From the NCBI GenBank assembly GCA_963783375.1, contig CAWANH010000028.1, forward strand, positions 352,001-416,000: 64,000 nt of DNA, in the 5' to 3' direction. Positions 45,216 through 59,951 of the stretch are shown piece by piece. The position numbers and the translations under genes were made by a program. Origin of the DNA: Candidatus Eiseniibacteriota bacterium. Lineage in GTDB: Bacteria; Eisenbacteria; RBG-16-71-46; JABDJR01. How positions within the stretch are numbered: position 1 is the stretch's first letter; every line of letters starts with the position of its first letter. The notes below the pieces were generated by a model, which did not search any database, was not told the DNA's origin, and was given only the letters and a program-made list of their open reading frames with translations.

Positions 45216-47921
45216 ATGCCCCACTCGCCCCGGTGTGTCCCCGGGACGGGCCCCCTGCGCCTGCCCCTGCTCGTCGCTTGCTTCGCGCTCGCGGTTCTGG
45301 GGGCGGACGGCCGTGCCGTGACCCCGGCCGCCGCCGCTCCCCCACCCGAGGCCCCAAAGCGCTACGAGGCGCACCGCCTCACCACCCCCGTCCGCGTCGA
45401 CGGGGTGCTGGACGAAGCGGCCTGGCAGGGTCCCGGGAACGAGGGCCTCATCCAGAACGAACCTCTGAACGGGGTCGCCCCGGCGCAGAAGAGCGTGTGG
45501 TGGATCGCCTACGACCAGGACGCGCTCTACGCCGCGTTCCGGTTCTACGACGCGGCCCCTGAGTCCATCGACACCTCGATCGCCCGGCGGGACGGCGACC
45601 TCAACACCGACATGGCGATCCTGGAGCTGGACCCCTACAACGACGACCGGAACGGGTACCTCTTCCTGGTCGGGGCCGGGGGCTACGTCTACGACTCGGC
45701 CATGTACAACGACGGCTCCGAGGACCCGTCGTGGGACGGCGTCTGGGACTCCGCAGCGCGGGTGGACTCCCTGGGCTGGACTGCCGAGTTGCGGATCCCC
45801 CTGAACCAGATCCGCTTCCCCAACCGGGAGGACCAGGTCTGGGGGGTCAACGTGAGCCGGCGGATCAAGCGCACCCACGGGCGGGACGACCTCTTCCTGC
45901 GTCCCCGAAACGAGTCCGGCCACATCAGCCGCTTCCCCGACCTGGCCGGGCTTCACGGGATCCGGAACCGGGCGGACCGCGAAGCCATCCTCTACGGGGT
46001 GGGAAAGGGCGAGTACCTCCAGCACCCGGCCGGGGACCCCTTCAACGACGGCTCGGCCTATCGCTACCAGATGGGCGGGGACCTCAAGTGGGGTCTCACC
46101 AGCAACCTGAACCTGAACGCCACCCTGAACCCCGACTTCGGCCAGGTGGAGGTGGACCCCGCGGTGGTGAACCTGTCCGACTCCGAGACGTTTTTCAACG
46201 AGAAGCGGCCGTTCTTCGTCGAGGACAGCAACATCTTCTCGTTCGGAAACGGCGGCACCTCCAGCAACTGGAACTTCAACTGGAGCGATCCCCAGCTCTT
46301 CTATTCGCGGCGGATCGGGCGGAACCCGCAGCTCGGGCCGACGGGGAACCCGGAGTTCACCGACCGGCCCGACGGCACCACCATTCTCGGCGCGGCCAAG
46401 GCCACCGGGAAGATCGGCGGGGCGGAGATCGGCGCCCTGGGCGCGCTCACCGACAAGGAGACCTTCCGGCTCTCCGACGGCGCCCGGGAGTGGAGCCAGC
46501 TCGCCGAGCCCATGACCGGGTACACCGCCCTCCGGGTGAACCGGAACGCCCACGACCGTCGCTCCGCGGTGGGGGCCATGTTCACCGCGGTCCGGCGGGA
46601 CCTGAGCGATAGCTTGAGCCGGGCCACCCTGGTGCGCGGGGCCTACGCCGGGGGCATCGACGGCTGGACGAAGTTCGGGGCCAACGACGCGTGGGCGGTG
46701 CGGGGATACCTGGCCGGAAGCCTCGTGGAGGGCGATGCGGCCGCCCTGGCCGGCGAACAGACCAGCTCGCGACGCTACTATCAGCGGCCCGACGCGTCCC
46801 ATCTTCACTACGACTCGTTGCGAACCTCGCTCTCCGGATGGATCTCCCGGGTCCTGGTGAACCGCGAGAAGGGGAACCTCATGTTCAACGCGTCCCTCGG
46901 CGCGTCCTCTCCCGGCTTCGAGATCAACGACCTGGGGTACAACTCCCGGAGCGACCTCATCAACACCAGCGTGGTGGCGGGGCACCAGTGGACCGAGCCG
47001 GACCGGTTCTTCCGGGACAAGTGGATCGCCATGACCACCTACTGGACGTGGGATTTCGGGGGAACCCGGAACGGCGGCGGCCTGGGGCCCTTCTTCGGCG
47101 CCGACTTCGCGAACTACTGGTCGATGGACGGCCACCTGTTCCTGAACCCCCGGGCGGACAACACCCGGGCGACCCGGGGCGGGCCCATCATGCGATCGCC
47201 GGTGAACCGGGAGATCGAACTCGCCCTCTCCACCGATTCACGGAAGGCGTACCAGGTGAACTTTTCCGGCTTCGTCTTCGGCGACGGGGCCGGGAGCAAC
47301 GGGCAGAGCGGGGAAATCACCCTCTCGGTCCGGCCCACCCCGGCCCTGAAGTTGAGCTTCGGGCCCTATTACGAACGGACCCACGATACCTACCATTACG
47401 TCACCACGGTGGCCGACGCCGCGGCTACCGGAACCTACGGCCACCGCTACGTCTTCGCCGACCTCATGTACCGCGAGATCACCATGAGCACCCGGGTGGA
47501 CTGGGCGTTCACCCCGCGTCTCACCCTTCAGACCTACGTCCAGCCCCTGATCGCGGTCGGGGACTACAGCGGGTTGAAGGAGTTCTCGGACCCGGGTGGG
47601 TTCGCCTTCCGGAAGTACGGGGAAGACGGGGGGGCGATCTCGCGGGACCCGGCTTCGGGCGACTACGCGGTGGACCCCGGAGACGGCGGGCAGAGCTTCA
47701 AGGTCGGAAACCCCGACTTCAACTTCAAGTCGCTCCGGCTGAACCTGGTGCTCCGGTGGGAGTACCGGCCCGGCTCCACCCTCTTCCTGGCCTGGACCCG
47801 GAACGGGACCGACACCGGGCACCCCGGGGACCTGGCCTTCGGGCGGGACCTGGACGCGCTCTTCTCCGCCCGGACCGACGACGTGGTTCTGGTCAAGGTG
47901 ACGCGGTGGCTGGATTTCTAG
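45216..47921 (+). CDS. DUF5916 protein: CBM9-like domain + outer-membrane beta-barrel
   Basis: DGVLDEAAW, SWDGVWDS, AELRIP, NPDFGQVEVD, EKRPFF, LFYSRRIG, RWEYRPGS; C-terminal Phe. Confidence 0.85.
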   Translation: MPHSPRCVPGTGPLRLPLLVACFALAVLGADGRAVTPAAAAPPPEAPKRYEAHRLTTPVRVDGVLDEAAWQGPGNEGLIQNEPLNGVAPAQKSVWWIAYDQDALYAAFRFYDAAPESIDTSIARRDGDLNTDMAILELDPYNDDRNGYLFLVGAGGYVYDSAMYNDGSEDPSWDGVWDSAARVDSLGWTAELRIPLNQIRFPNREDQVWGVNVSRRIKRTHGRDDLFLRPRNESGHISRFPDLAGLHGIRNRADREAILYGVGKGEYLQHPAGDPFNDGSAYRYQMGGDLKWGLTSNLNLNATLNPDFGQVEVDPAVVNLSDSETFFNEKRPFFVEDSNIFSFGNGGTSSNWNFNWSDPQLFYSRRIGRNPQLGPTGNPEFTDRPDGTTILGAAKATGKIGGAEIGALGALTDKETFRLSDGAREWSQLAEPMTGYTALRVNRNAHDRRSAVGAMFTAVRRDLSDSLSRATLVRGAYAGGIDGWTKFGANDAWAVRGYLAGSLVEGDAAALAGEQTSSRRYYQRPDASHLHYDSLRTSLSGWISRVLVNREKGNLMFNASLGASSPGFEINDLGYNSRSDLINTSVVAGHQWTEPDRFFRDKWIAMTTYWTWDFGGTRNGGGLGPFFGADFANYWSMDGHLFLNPRADNTRATRGGPIMRSPVNREIELALSTDSRKAYQVNFSGFVFGDGAGSNGQSGEITLSVRPTPALKLSFGPYYERTHDTYHYVTTVADAAATGTYGHRYVFADLMYREITMSTRVDWAFTPRLTLQTYVQPLIAVGDYSGLKEFSDPGGFAFRKYGEDGGAISRDPASGDYAVDPGDGGQSFKVGNPDFNFKSLRLNLVLRWEYRPGSTLFLAWTRNGTDTGHPGDLAFGRDLDALFSARTDDVVLVKVTRWLDF

Positions 47922-47922
47922 G

Positions 47923-49542
47923 TCAACCGAGCTGCTCGAAGAAGTCGTTCCCCTTGTCGTCCACCAGGATGAACGCGGGGAAGTTCTCGACCTCGATCCG
48001 GTAGATCGCCTCCATCCCCAGCTCGGGGTACTCCAGGAGGTCCACTTTCCGGATGTTGTCCTGGGCCAGGATCGCGGCGGGGCCGCCGATCGAGCCCAGG
48101 TAGAACCCGCCGTGCTCCTTGCAGGCGTCGGTGACCTGCTTCGAGCGGTTCCCCTTGGCGATCATGACCATCGAGCCGCCGTGGGACTGGAAGAGGTCCA
48201 CGTAGGAGTCCATGCGCCCGGCGGTGGTGGGGCCGAAGGATCCCGAGGGGAGCCCTTCCGGCTTCTTGGCCGGGCCCGCGTAGTAGACCGGATGGTCCTT
48301 CATGTACTGGGGGAGGTCCTCGCCCCGGTCGAGCCGCTCCTTGAGCTTGGCGTGGGCGATGTCCCGCGCCACCACCATCGGCCCGGTCAAGGAGAGCTGG
48401 GTCTTGATCGGGTACTTGGCCAGCTCGGCCAGGATCTCCGGCATGGGACGGTTGAGGTCGATCTTCACCACCCCGTGCTCGTGCTTCCCGCGGTACGTCT
48501 CGGGAATGAACCGGCCGGGGTTTCGCTCCATGGCCTCGATCCAGATGCCGTCGCGGTTGATCCGGGCGCGGACGTTCCGGTGCGCCGAGCACGACACCCC
48601 CATCCCCACCGGACACGAGGCCCCGTGGCGCGGAAGGCGCACCACCCGGACGTCGAGCGCGAAGTACTTCCCGCCGAACTGGGCCCCGATCCCGGTGCCC
48701 TGGGCGGCGACGAGGAGCTTCTGCTCCAGCTCCACGTCGCGGAAGGCGCGGCCCTGGTCGTTTCCGGTGGTGGGGAGGCCGTCCAGGTAGTGGGTGCTGG
48801 CAAGCTTCACGGTCTTCAGTGTGCTCTCGGCCGAGGTGCCGCCGATCACGAAGGCCACGTGGTAGGGCGGGCAGGCCGCGGTCCCCAGGGTCTTCATCTT
48901 CTCGACCAGGAACTTCTCGAGGCTCTCCGGGTTCAGGAGCGCCTTGGTTTCCTGGAAGAGGTAGGTCTTGTTGGCCGAGCCGCCGCCCTTGGCCACGAAG
49001 AGGAAGGTGTACTCGTTCCCGTCGGTGGCCAGGATGTCGATCTGGGCGGGGAGGTTGTTGCCGGAGTTCTTCTCCTCGTACATGGTGAGCGGCACGGTCT
49101 GGGAGTAGCGGAGGTTCTCGCGCTCGTAGGTTTGGCGGATGCCCTCGGTCAGGTAGGCTTCGTCCTTCACCCCGGTCCAGACCCGCTGGCCCTTCTTCCC
49201 CATCACGATCGCCGTCCCGGTGTCCTGGCACATGGGAAGGGTGCCGCGGGCGGCGACCTCGGCGTTCTTGAGCATGGCCAGGGCCACCCCGCGGTCGTTG
49301 GGGCTCGCCTCGGGGTCGTCGAGGATGGCCGCCACCTGCTCCAGGTGCGCGGTGCGATGGAGGAACGAGGCGTCGCGCAGGGCCTCGGCGGCGAGGAGCG
49401 TGAGCGCCTCGGGCTCGATCTTGAGGATCTCCTCGCCCTCGAACCGCGCCACCGACACGTGGTCCTTGGTGAGGAGCCGGTACGGAGTCGTGTCCTTGGC
49501 CAGGGGAAAGGGATCCTGATAGGGGATCGCCACGTCGGTCAT
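47923..49542 (-). CDS. fumA: Fumarate hydratase class I (Fe-S)
   Basis: [37 protein letters not shown]. Confidence 0.95.
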   Translation of the reverse strand: MTDVAIPYQDPFPLAKDTTPYRLLTKDHVSVARFEGEEILKIEPEALTLLAAEALRDASFLHRTAHLEQVAAILDDPEASPNDRGVALAMLKNAEVAARGTLPMCQDTGTAIVMGKKGQRVWTGVKDEAYLTEGIRQTYERENLRYSQTVPLTMYEEKNSGNNLPAQIDILATDGNEYTFLFVAKGGGSANKTYLFQETKALLNPESLEKFLVEKMKTLGTAACPPYHVAFVIGGTSAESTLKTVKLASTHYLDGLPTTGNDQGRAFRDVELEQKLLVAAQGTGIGAQFGGKYFALDVRVVRLPRHGASCPVGMGVSCSAHRNVRARINRDGIWIEAMERNPGRFIPETYRGKHEHGVVKIDLNRPMPEILAELAKYPIKTQLSLTGPMVVARDIAHAKLKERLDRGEDLPQYMKDHPVYYAGPAKKPEGLPSGSFGPTTAGRMDSYVDLFQSHGGSMVMIAKGNRSKQVTDACKEHGGFYLGSIGGPAAILAQDNIRKVDLLEYPELGMEAIYRIEVENFPAFILVDDKGNDFFEQLG

Positions 49543-49734
49543 CGCTCGCTCCTTCCGAGGTTCCAAAGGTCCGGACCTACTCGTCATCCGATGCCGCCGG
49601 CCCCGTAGGGCCGGAGGCGGGCCGGGACCGGATGATTCTTGCACGGACCTATTCCATGATCCACCATTCCCCCGGGGAAGGATCCGCCGAAGGCCTTCCC
49701 GGGCCTTACCTTTTTTGGAAGAGAGGTTTCAGCC

Positions 49735-50301
49735 ATGGCTCAGAAACGTCATACGACCGCGTTCAGCCTCCTGGTCGCCGCCGTCCTGATGGGCGTGGTG
49801 GGCGCCGACCCGGCCCGCGCCGCGGACCCCCCGGCTGGAGCCGGGGAGGGGTTCGGGGCCCGGGCCGCGTTCGCCATGCTCAGTAATCTGGCCGGCGACT
49901 GGGTGGGGACCGCCGGCGGCGAGGGGGAGGAGGGACAGGCGACCGCCGCGGCGTGGCGCGTCACCTCCGGCGGCCACACCGTCATGGAGACCCAGTTTCC
50001 GGGGACCGGCCACGAGATGATCTCGATGTACTACCTGGACGGAGAGGATCTGGCCCTCAAGCATTTCTGCGCGGTGGGGAACCAGCCGGAGATGCGGCTC
50101 GATCCCAAAGCCTCATCCTCCCAAAGGCTGGTGTTCACCTTCACCGGCGGCTCCAACCTGGACCCCGCGGTCGACGGCCACATTCACGGCGGCGTGATCG
50201 ACCTCGAGGGGCCGGACACCATGCACGCCGCGTGGTCCTTCTACCGGGAGGGCAAGGAGGAGGGGAAGAACGTCTTCACGCTGGCGCGGAAGAAACCCTG
50301 A
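49735..50301 (+). CDS. Exported hypothetical protein
   Basis: Signal peptide; L.G.W, EMISMY, HFCAVGNQPEM; beta-barrel-like pattern. Confidence 0.7.
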   Translation: MAQKRHTTAFSLLVAAVLMGVVGADPARAADPPAGAGEGFGARAAFAMLSNLAGDWVGTAGGEGEEGQATAAAWRVTSGGHTVMETQFPGTGHEMISMYYLDGEDLALKHFCAVGNQPEMRLDPKASSSQRLVFTFTGGSNLDPAVDGHIHGGVIDLEGPDTMHAAWSFYREGKEEGKNVFTLARKKP

Positions 50302-50319
50302 AACCTCAGGTCGACCGGG

Positions 50320-50742
50320 CTACTCCACCACCGCGCGAAAGCGCTCCGGGGTCGCGCCCACCCGCTTCGCGGCGTAGTCGTAGAACAGCAACCCGGTCCT
50401 GGCGAGGGCGACGATCTCGTCGCTGGCGCGGTCGCGCACACGGTAGAACAGCTCCGCGCCGCGCGAGCCGACCTCGCCCGCCGCGACGTCGATGGAGAGC
50501 ACCTGGCCGTGGAACGCCTCGCGCCGGTAGCTCACCGCGAGGTCGACCAGGATGATCCCCAGGCCGTCCACGTCCCACTCCTCCATCCCTCGGGCGTGGA
50601 GGAACGCGACCCGCGCCTCGTGAAGCATGGAGACGAGCTTGTCGTGGGCGAGGTGCTTCCCGTAGTTCACGTCGGTGATGCGGACCGCGATGTCTTCGGT
50701 GTGGAGGGTGCGTTCGGGGTAGTCGATGCGGATGCGTTCCAT
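50320..50742 (-). CDS. 4HBT-like thioesterase
   Basis: VRITDVNYGKHL, HEAR; hot-dog fold pattern. Confidence 0.85.
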   Translation of the reverse strand: MERIRIDYPERTLHTEDIAVRITDVNYGKHLAHDKLVSMLHEARVAFLHARGMEEWDVDGLGIILVDLAVSYRREAFHGQVLSIDVAAGEVGSRGAELFYRVRDRASDEIVALARTGLLFYDYAAKRVGATPERFRAVVE

Positions 50743-50744
50743 CC

Positions 50745-52220
50745 CTACCTCGTCCGGCCGGTGAAGAGCACCGCCGCGCGCTCCCCGTGCGCGATCTCCC
50801 CGCGGCGGGCCAGGTCCACCAGCCCCGCGAACCCCGCCGAGCCGGTGGGGTCCACCGGGATCCCGGTCCCCTCGCGCCCGAGCCGGTTGGCCTCGGACAG
50901 CACCTCCTCGGAGACCACGAGCGGATGGCCGCCGGTCAACAGCATCCCCCACACCACCGTCGCCCAATCATAGGTCTCGTCGTCCAGGATTCCGTGGGCG
51001 ATGCTCCTGGGTTCGCTCTCCCACGGCCACATGAACCCGCTCCGGTGACGCATGGCGTGGTGAAGCTCCTCCTCGACCCACTCCCGCGGGACGCGGTCGC
51101 GGATGAAGAGCGCGCGGCCCTCGTCGTCGTCGGGCGGAGCGTCGCCGGACCCGTCCCGGCCCCAGCGGGCCAGCACCGCCGCCACCACCCGGTCGTAGGC
51201 GCGCTTCAAGGGCCAGGCTCCCTCGGTCTGCACGGTGTGGACCCGGGGAAGCACATCCAGCGCCCCCAGGGCGCGCGCCTCGAAGAGCCCCTGGATGCAC
51301 GCGCTGGCCAGGGCCCCGCCCCCGACCTGGACGAACAGCCGATCGATACCGGCCCCGGCCGCGGCCAGGTCCGAAGCCAGCTCCCAGATGAGCGTCATCC
51401 CGCCCTCGACGGTGAGCCCGTTCTCGTTTCCCTGGACGGTGAAGGGCAGGGCGCCCGCGGCCACCGCCTTCCGGAACCGGTGATAGCACGGGTCGCCGGG
51501 GGTGCGGCCGTCGCGGGGGCACGAAACCAGCGAAGCCCCCAAGGCGCTCAATCGCTCCATCACCGGAACCTCGGCGTCGGGGGGGACGTAGACCTGGATC
51601 GGCCACGCCGCCGCCCGGGCCACCACCGCCGCGGCCAGGGCCGCGTTCCCGCAGCTCGCGATGGCCAGGGGCGGCGCGCCCGCTGATGCGCCGGCCGGGC
51701 CCTCGGCGGAGCGCACGCCGGAGCCGGGCGCCAGCCCCACCCGCCGGGCCACTTCCAGCCAGAGCATGATCCCCATCAAATGCCGGCCCTTGTGGGAGCC
51801 GGAGACGTTCCCCGTCTCGTCCTTCACCCAGAGCGTTCCCAACCCCAGCTCGGCGGCCAGAGCGTCGGCCCGGACCAGCGGCGTGGCCCGAAAGCCGTGA
51901 CCGTCCACCTCCGCCACCCGCCGGTCCAGGTCCCGGACCAGGGTGACGAACCCGTCGTCGGTGAGCCCGCGCTCGGTCCCGGTGTGCCAGGCATGGAAGA
52001 GCTTCCGGTAGCGGACGAAGGGGTTGGGCTCGGGGTCGGCGAAGAGCGCCTTGGTGTCGATCGCCGCCCGCAGACGGTCCACGTCGATCGCCCGCCGGAG
52101 CACGTGGTCGACGTCGTCCCCTTCCCGGGCGGCGGGGCAACGGAAGGGATACGGCTCATCGTCGGCGACGACGGCTCCACACCCCTCGCAACGCATGGAG
52201 GTGACCGGCGGGGCGGTCAT
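50745..52220 (-). CDS. PLP-dependent fold-type II enzyme (threonine synthase-like)
   Basis: [27 protein letters not shown]; N-terminal CEGC. Confidence 0.8.
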   Translation of the reverse strand: MTAPPVTSMRCEGCGAVVADDEPYPFRCPAAREGDDVDHVLRRAIDVDRLRAAIDTKALFADPEPNPFVRYRKLFHAWHTGTERGLTDDGFVTLVRDLDRRVAEVDGHGFRATPLVRADALAAELGLGTLWVKDETGNVSGSHKGRHLMGIMLWLEVARRVGLAPGSGVRSAEGPAGASAGAPPLAIASCGNAALAAAVVARAAAWPIQVYVPPDAEVPVMERLSALGASLVSCPRDGRTPGDPCYHRFRKAVAAGALPFTVQGNENGLTVEGGMTLIWELASDLAAAGAGIDRLFVQVGGGALASACIQGLFEARALGALDVLPRVHTVQTEGAWPLKRAYDRVVAAVLARWGRDGSGDAPPDDDEGRALFIRDRVPREWVEEELHHAMRHRSGFMWPWESEPRSIAHGILDDETYDWATVVWGMLLTGGHPLVVSEEVLSEANRLGREGTGIPVDPTGSAGFAGLVDLARRGEIAHGERAAVLFTGRTR

Positions 52221-53716
52221 AGGGAGTTCAGCACCCCCGTCCGCTCGTTGAACTCGTCGATCATCCGGTCCCAGGCGGGAATCAGGTCGCGAAGGCCCCG
52301 CCAGAACCCCTGGTCCCGCCGGGAGGTGAAGTCGGCGATCGAGATCCCCTGCTGCTCCACCCAGGTGAAGTAGCCGAGGTTGAAGATCCGCTGGCGGTCC
52401 TGGTGGGTGAGCTCCAGCAGGTGATCCACCCCCGTCCCCAGCATGTGGCGACCGAAGGTCTCGCCCGCCGCCACCTGATCGAACGAGCCCCCGAACTCCT
52501 GGGCCAGGGTCTTGTCCCGCTCGGTCTCGTACATGGCGGCTCCGTCGGTGGCCACGGTGACGATCACGTCGTCCGGACCCATCCCGTAGTACTTCGCGGT
52601 CTTGATCGCCGAGAGCACGTTGCAGATCGAGGACACCCCCATGAAGCCGAGCTGCTCGACCAGGCCCGCGGGGACGTCGCGCCGCTGGGCCAGGTACTCG
52701 CGGCCGGCCGGAGTGTTGAACACCACGTTCAGCCCGTCGGTGCTCTCGTCGGAGATCGCGGCCACCAGGTCGGTGTTCATGACGTTGTGGATGTAGGGAA
52801 CGTGCTTGTCCCCGATCCCCTGGATGTTGTGCTCGCCGAACCCGTTCATGAGGAGGGTCGGGCATTCCAACGCCTCGGCGGCCACGATCATGGCCCCGAG
52901 CCGCTCTTTCAGGTAGTCGCCGGTCCCCAGGGTTCCCGCCGAACCGGTGGCGGAGACGAAGGCCCGGAGCCGGAGCCCCTTTCCCCCGCCCCCCATCGAC
53001 TCGAACACCCGCTCCAGCGCCTTCCCGGTGCAGAGGTAGTGGGCCAGGTAGTTACCGAACTCGCTGAACTGGTTGAAGATGATGTTCTCGGGATCTTGGT
53101 CCAGCTCCGCGCACCTGTCGTAGATCTCCTTGACGTTGCTCTCGGTTCCCGGGGTGCGGATGATGTCCGAGGGATCGGCCACCCACTTCTCCAGCCACCG
53201 GAAACGCTCCTGGCTCATGCCCTCGGGGAGAACCGCCACCCCGCGGCAGCCCATGATGCGCGAGATGGCCACCCCGCCGCGGCAGTAGTTCCCGGTGGAG
53301 GGCCAGATCGCCTTGTGCCCGGTGGGATCGAACTGCCCGGTGATGATCCGGGGGGCGAGGCACCCGTAGGCGGCCAGAACCTTGTGGGCGTGGATCATGG
53401 GGAAGCGGTCGCCGCGGGCGACCACGATCTTCGCCTTCACCCCGGTCAACGACTCCGGCAGCACGAAGTGCTCGGGCACCGAGGTCCACTCGTTCGACCC
53501 GCCGGTGTTGTACCAGTGGACGCGGAAGAGGTTCAAGGGGTGGGGGCCGTCGCGGTCCACGCCCGCCACCGCCTCCTTCACCTTGGCCGGAATCCGCTCC
53601 GGCTCGCAGAGCTGAGCGAAGGTGGGAAGGGCGATCTTCGCCTCGCGGAAGCGCTTCACGCTGTTTTCATAGACCGACCGATCGACGACGTGCTTTTCCA
53701 GTCCGAGTTCAGGCAA
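52217..53716 (-). CDS. PLP-dependent fold-type II enzyme (cysteine synthase/DAP-lyase-like)
   Basis: HAHKV, PSTGNY, GSAGT, IQGIG; GAGGGG RBS with TTG start. Confidence 0.8.
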   Translation of the reverse strand: MPELGLEKHVVDRSVYENSVKRFREAKIALPTFAQLCEPERIPAKVKEAVAGVDRDGPHPLNLFRVHWYNTGGSNEWTSVPEHFVLPESLTGVKAKIVVARGDRFPMIHAHKVLAAYGCLAPRIITGQFDPTGHKAIWPSTGNYCRGGVAISRIMGCRGVAVLPEGMSQERFRWLEKWVADPSDIIRTPGTESNVKEIYDRCAELDQDPENIIFNQFSEFGNYLAHYLCTGKALERVFESMGGGGKGLRLRAFVSATGSAGTLGTGDYLKERLGAMIVAAEALECPTLLMNGFGEHNIQGIGDKHVPYIHNVMNTDLVAAISDESTDGLNVVFNTPAGREYLAQRRDVPAGLVEQLGFMGVSSICNVLSAIKTAKYYGMGPDDVIVTVATDGAAMYETERDKTLAQEFGGSFDQVAAGETFGRHMLGTGVDHLLELTHQDRQRIFNLGYFTWVEQQGISIADFTSRRDQGFWRGLRDLIPAWDRMIDEFNERTGVLNSL

Positions 53717-53809
53717 GTTGCTAACCCCTCTTCATCGAGCCCGTGGGCCCGTCCCTCTGTTCGCTCCCGCGAACCGTGAATGCCGCTCCCGGCAAATTGA
53801 CCGATTATT

Positions 53810-54601
53810 CTACAGGTTTTGCGAACCGGCCAGGCGGCCAAAGTAGGCCGGCGGATCCGCGGTGAACGTGAGCCGCTCCCCGGTGAAGGGGTGGGTGAAC
53901 GTGATCGATCTCGCGTGAAGGGCCAGCCCGGCCGCCCGCTCCCCGGTCTTCCCGTACTTCCGGTCCCCGACCACCGGGTGGCCCAGACCGGCCAGGTGCA
54001 CCCGGATCTGGTGCTTCCGCCCGGTCAGGAGATCGATCTCCAGCAGGCTGACCTTCCCCCGGGCGGCGAGCACCCGGTAGGCGGTCCGGGAGAGCTTTCC
54101 CTTGGCGGGATCGGCGGTGGCGTAGACCACGTGCGCCCGGTTCTCGGCCAGGTAGCCGGTGATCGTCCCCTCGGGCGGATCGGGCCGGCCGTGTACGACC
54201 GCAAGGTACTGCTTCGCCGTCTCCTCCCACCCGTCCTGCAACCGCCGCTTGGCGTCCCCGGTCCGGGCGAACACCAGCACGCCGGAGGTCTCCCGGTCCA
54301 GCCGATGCACGATGAAGACCCGGTTCCGCGATCGGACCGTGCCCCGGCGAACGTAGTCGGTCAGGATCGAGTACGCGGTCCGCGCCTTCTCCCGTTCGGT
54401 GGCGATGGTGAGGAGCCCGGCCGGCTTGGCCACCACCAGGACGTGGTCGTCCTCGAACAGGATCACCAGCCCCTGCCGAAGCGCGAGCGTCTTCCCCCCC
54501 CGCGTTCCGCCGGCCCCCGCCCGGCGCGCCGGTCGGGGCTTGCCCTGCTTCGGCCTCTGCGTCCCCCGACCCTCCGGTCGCGGGCCCCGTCCGGCAGGCA
54601 C
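53810..54601 (-). CDS. RluA-family pseudouridine synthase
   Basis: KPAG, HRLDRETSG, TGRKHQIR, LALHA. Confidence 0.92.
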   Translation of the reverse strand: MPAGRGPRPEGRGTQRPKQGKPRPARRAGAGGTRGGKTLALRQGLVILFEDDHVLVVAKPAGLLTIATEREKARTAYSILTDYVRRGTVRSRNRVFIVHRLDRETSGVLVFARTGDAKRRLQDGWEETAKQYLAVVHGRPDPPEGTITGYLAENRAHVVYATADPAKGKLSRTAYRVLAARGKVSLLEIDLLTGRKHQIRVHLAGLGHPVVGDRKYGKTGERAAGLALHARSITFTHPFTGERLTFTADPPAYFGRLAGSQNL

Positions 54602-54607
54602 GGCCGG

Positions 54608-55972
54608 CTACAATCGCTTCAGCCGCTCCCACACCTTGGGAGCCTCGGCCGAGGCCTCGGCGCGGATCGCCTCGGGGTCGGCGGTGAGCAGTCGCCCATC
54701 CCGCACCACCAGGCGCCCCGCCACCAGTACGTGCTCCACGTTCCTCGCTTCGCCCTGACCGCTCGCCGGCGCTTCGAACTCCAACCCGTCGCGGGCCGCG
54801 GCGTCGAACACCGCCGCGTCGGCGGCGACGTCGGCTCCCAGGGGCGCGAAGGGGAGGCCGAAGCGTTCGGCGGCCAGTTCCCCACCGGCCTCGAGCCGTT
54901 CCCGGAGCGTCGCCGGGGGTTCGCCCGCTTCCCCGCCCGGGCCGCCGGCCGCGCCCGCGCCCGCGCCCCCCGGCGCGAACGCCGTCACTTCCTTCCACAT
55001 CTCGGCCGGATACCCGTCGGTCCCGAGCGCCACCCGCCCGCTCGCCCCGAGCGCGCCCGGGTAGCCCACCCGGTTCCCGATATTCGACCGCGGGTTCTGC
55101 ACCAGCCAGAGCCCCCGGTCCGCGGCCCGGCGCACCAGTTCGGCGTCCAGATGCACCCCATGGGCCAGAATGGAGCCGGGGGGCAACGCGTCCAGCGCGA
55201 GCAACCGCTCCAAGGGCCCGGGATATCCCCGTTCCGCCGCGTCGCGGACGTCGGCCGCGTCCTCGGCGAGGTGGACGTGCATCACCGTGTCCAGCTCGCG
55301 GCAGAGGTTCCCGGCCTCGCGGATCGTCTCGTCCGAAACGGTGAACGAGGCGTGGAGCCCGACCACCCCGCGAACCGTCCTCTTCCGGTTCCCCCGGATG
55401 AAGCGACGGCACTCGGCCAGGCCCCGCCGGGCCTCCTCGCGGCCGCCGTTTCGCTCGGTGGCCCCGTAGCAGAGGACGGCCCGGATTCCCATCTCGTCGC
55501 AGACGTCGGCGATCACCTCCAGCGAACCCTCGATGAAACCGGGGGATTCGTGGTGGTCGAAGAGGGTGGTGGTTCCGGCCAGAAGCGCCTCGGCCGCGTA
55601 GAGCCGCGCCGAAACCCGCAAGGACGCTTCATCCAGCGCCCGGTCCAGCCGCCACCAGACCCGCTCCAGGATCTGGAGAAAGTTCCCGGGGGGCGGTTCC
55701 GGCGGGGGCATGCCGAAGGGGGCGAGCGCGCTGTAGATGTGGGTGTGGGCGTTCACCCGGCCGGGGACGATCCGCGCGCCCGCGCAGTCCACCGGAACCG
55801 GGGCGGCAAAGGCGGGACCGCCGACGGGGTCGCTTGCCGGCGGGAGGTCGGTGAACTCCGCGGGACCGGTCGCCGCCGGGCGCGAGCCCGGGCCGAACCA
55901 GAGGACCCGGTCCCCGCCGCTCAAGAGGACGTTCCCGGAGGCGTCGGGGCCGAGCTCGACCGGAGGGTTCAC
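54608..55972 (-). CDS. ssnA: SsnA-like amidohydrolase
   Basis: [48 protein letters not shown]. Confidence 0.75.
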   Translation of the reverse strand: MNPPVELGPDASGNVLLSGGDRVLWFGPGSRPAATGPAEFTDLPPASDPVGGPAFAAPVPVDCAGARIVPGRVNAHTHIYSALAPFGMPPPEPPPGNFLQILERVWWRLDRALDEASLRVSARLYAAEALLAGTTTLFDHHESPGFIEGSLEVIADVCDEMGIRAVLCYGATERNGGREEARRGLAECRRFIRGNRKRTVRGVVGLHASFTVSDETIREAGNLCRELDTVMHVHLAEDAADVRDAAERGYPGPLERLLALDALPPGSILAHGVHLDAELVRRAADRGLWLVQNPRSNIGNRVGYPGALGASGRVALGTDGYPAEMWKEVTAFAPGGAGAGAAGGPGGEAGEPPATLRERLEAGGELAAERFGLPFAPLGADVAADAAVFDAAARDGLEFEAPASGQGEARNVEHVLVAGRLVVRDGRLLTADPEAIRAEASAEAPKVWERLKRL

Positions 55973-55994
55973 GCGCGGGCCGCCGGCGACGCCG

Positions 55995-58629
<2,635 letters not shown>

Positions 58630-58637
<8 letters not shown>

Positions 58638-59499
58638 TTCCGTTTTTCCTCGCGCCGAGCACCATCCGGCGAACCGCCCGTCCCAGGACGTGGAGGCGGT
58701 AGGCCGCGGTGGAACGTACGTCGTCGATGGGAACCACCTCGCCCATGGCCGCTCGCGCGGCGCCGTCGGCCAGGCTCTCGTCGGGCACCATGCCCTCGCA
58801 GATCCGCTCGACGGCGGTGAGGCGAACCGGGGTCGCGGCCACGCTCCCCGCCCCGAAGCGGACGAGAGAGAGCCGTCCCCCATGCTCCCGCGCGCTCATG
58901 GCCAGGACCACCTTGCTGATGGACTGGGCTTCGCGGGTCCCGATCTTCCAGAACTGCTGGATCGACCCCGCCGGCGGATCGGGGATCCAGATCCAGGCGA
59001 TCAACTCTCCGGCCCCGAGCGCGGTCTTCCGGTAGCCGGTGTGAAACTTGTCGTAGTGAACCTCCCGCTCCCCCTGGGGACCGGCCAGGGTCACCGAGGC
59101 GTCCAGCGCCAACAGCACCGGAAGCGAGTCCCCGGCGGGGCTCGCGTTGGCCATGTTCCCCCCCAGGGTGGCTCGATTCTGGATCTGCCACCCCCCCACC
59201 TGGGAGGCGGCTTCGGCCAGGATCGGAAGCGCGTTCCGAAGCCCCTCGTGCCGCTGGATCTCGGTGAAGGTGGTGGCGGCGCCGATCCGCCAACCCCCGT
59301 CGTGGCGGGTGATGCCGCGAAGCTCCGGGATGGACATGAGGTTCAGGATCGGTCCGTAGTTCGCGCGCTCCTCCAGGGTCCGCACCATGAGATCGGTGCA
59401 CCCGGCCACCGGTCGGAGACCGGGCTCCCGCCGGAGGGCGTCGATCGCTTCGGCCAAGGACCTGGGGGTGACGGCGGCCGGCGCCGCGGCCCGGGTCAC
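58630..59499 (-). CDS. Mo-hydroxylase FAD-binding subunit
   Basis: AGCTDL, QIQNRATLGGN, ASPAGD, PIDDVRST. Confidence 0.9.
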
Positions 59500-59951
59500 T
59501 TCGCCGCCTCCCCTTCGAGGCCCCGGAGGATGGCCTCGTAGCCCGTGCACCGGCAGAGGTTCCCGGCCAGGGCGGTCCGGATCTCCTCGCGCTCCAGCCG
59601 GTCCTTCCCCTGGGCCAGCCGCCACGCGGTCACGATGATCCCGGGGGTGCAGGCGCCGCACTGGGTGCCGCCCTCCCGGATGAACCGGTCGAGGAACGCC
59701 CGCGCCTCGGGGATGGCCGCCACCCCCTCCACGCTCAGGATCTCCTTCCCCTCGCACTGCACCAGCGGCACCAGGCAGGAGAGCACCGGCTCCCCGTCCA
59801 TGAGCACGGTGCAGGCCCCGCATTCGCCCTCGCCGCAGCCTTCCTTGGTGCCGGTGAGACCGAGATCCTCCCGGAGCACGTCCAGGAGGCGGTCCATGGG
59901 AGCGCCGTCCACCGAGACCGGTTTGCCGTTCAGCCGGAACGCGACCTTCAT
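59496..59951 (-). CDS. Mo-hydroxylase [2Fe-2S] subunit
   Basis: GTKEGCGEGECGACTV, QCGAC, NLCRCTGY. Confidence 0.93.
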   Translation of the reverse strand: MKVAFRLNGKPVSVDGAPMDRLLDVLREDLGLTGTKEGCGEGECGACTVLMDGEPVLSCLVPLVQCEGKEILSVEGVAAIPEARAFLDRFIREGGTQCGACTPGIIVTAWRLAQGKDRLEREEIRTALAGNLCRCTGYEAILRGLEGEAAK

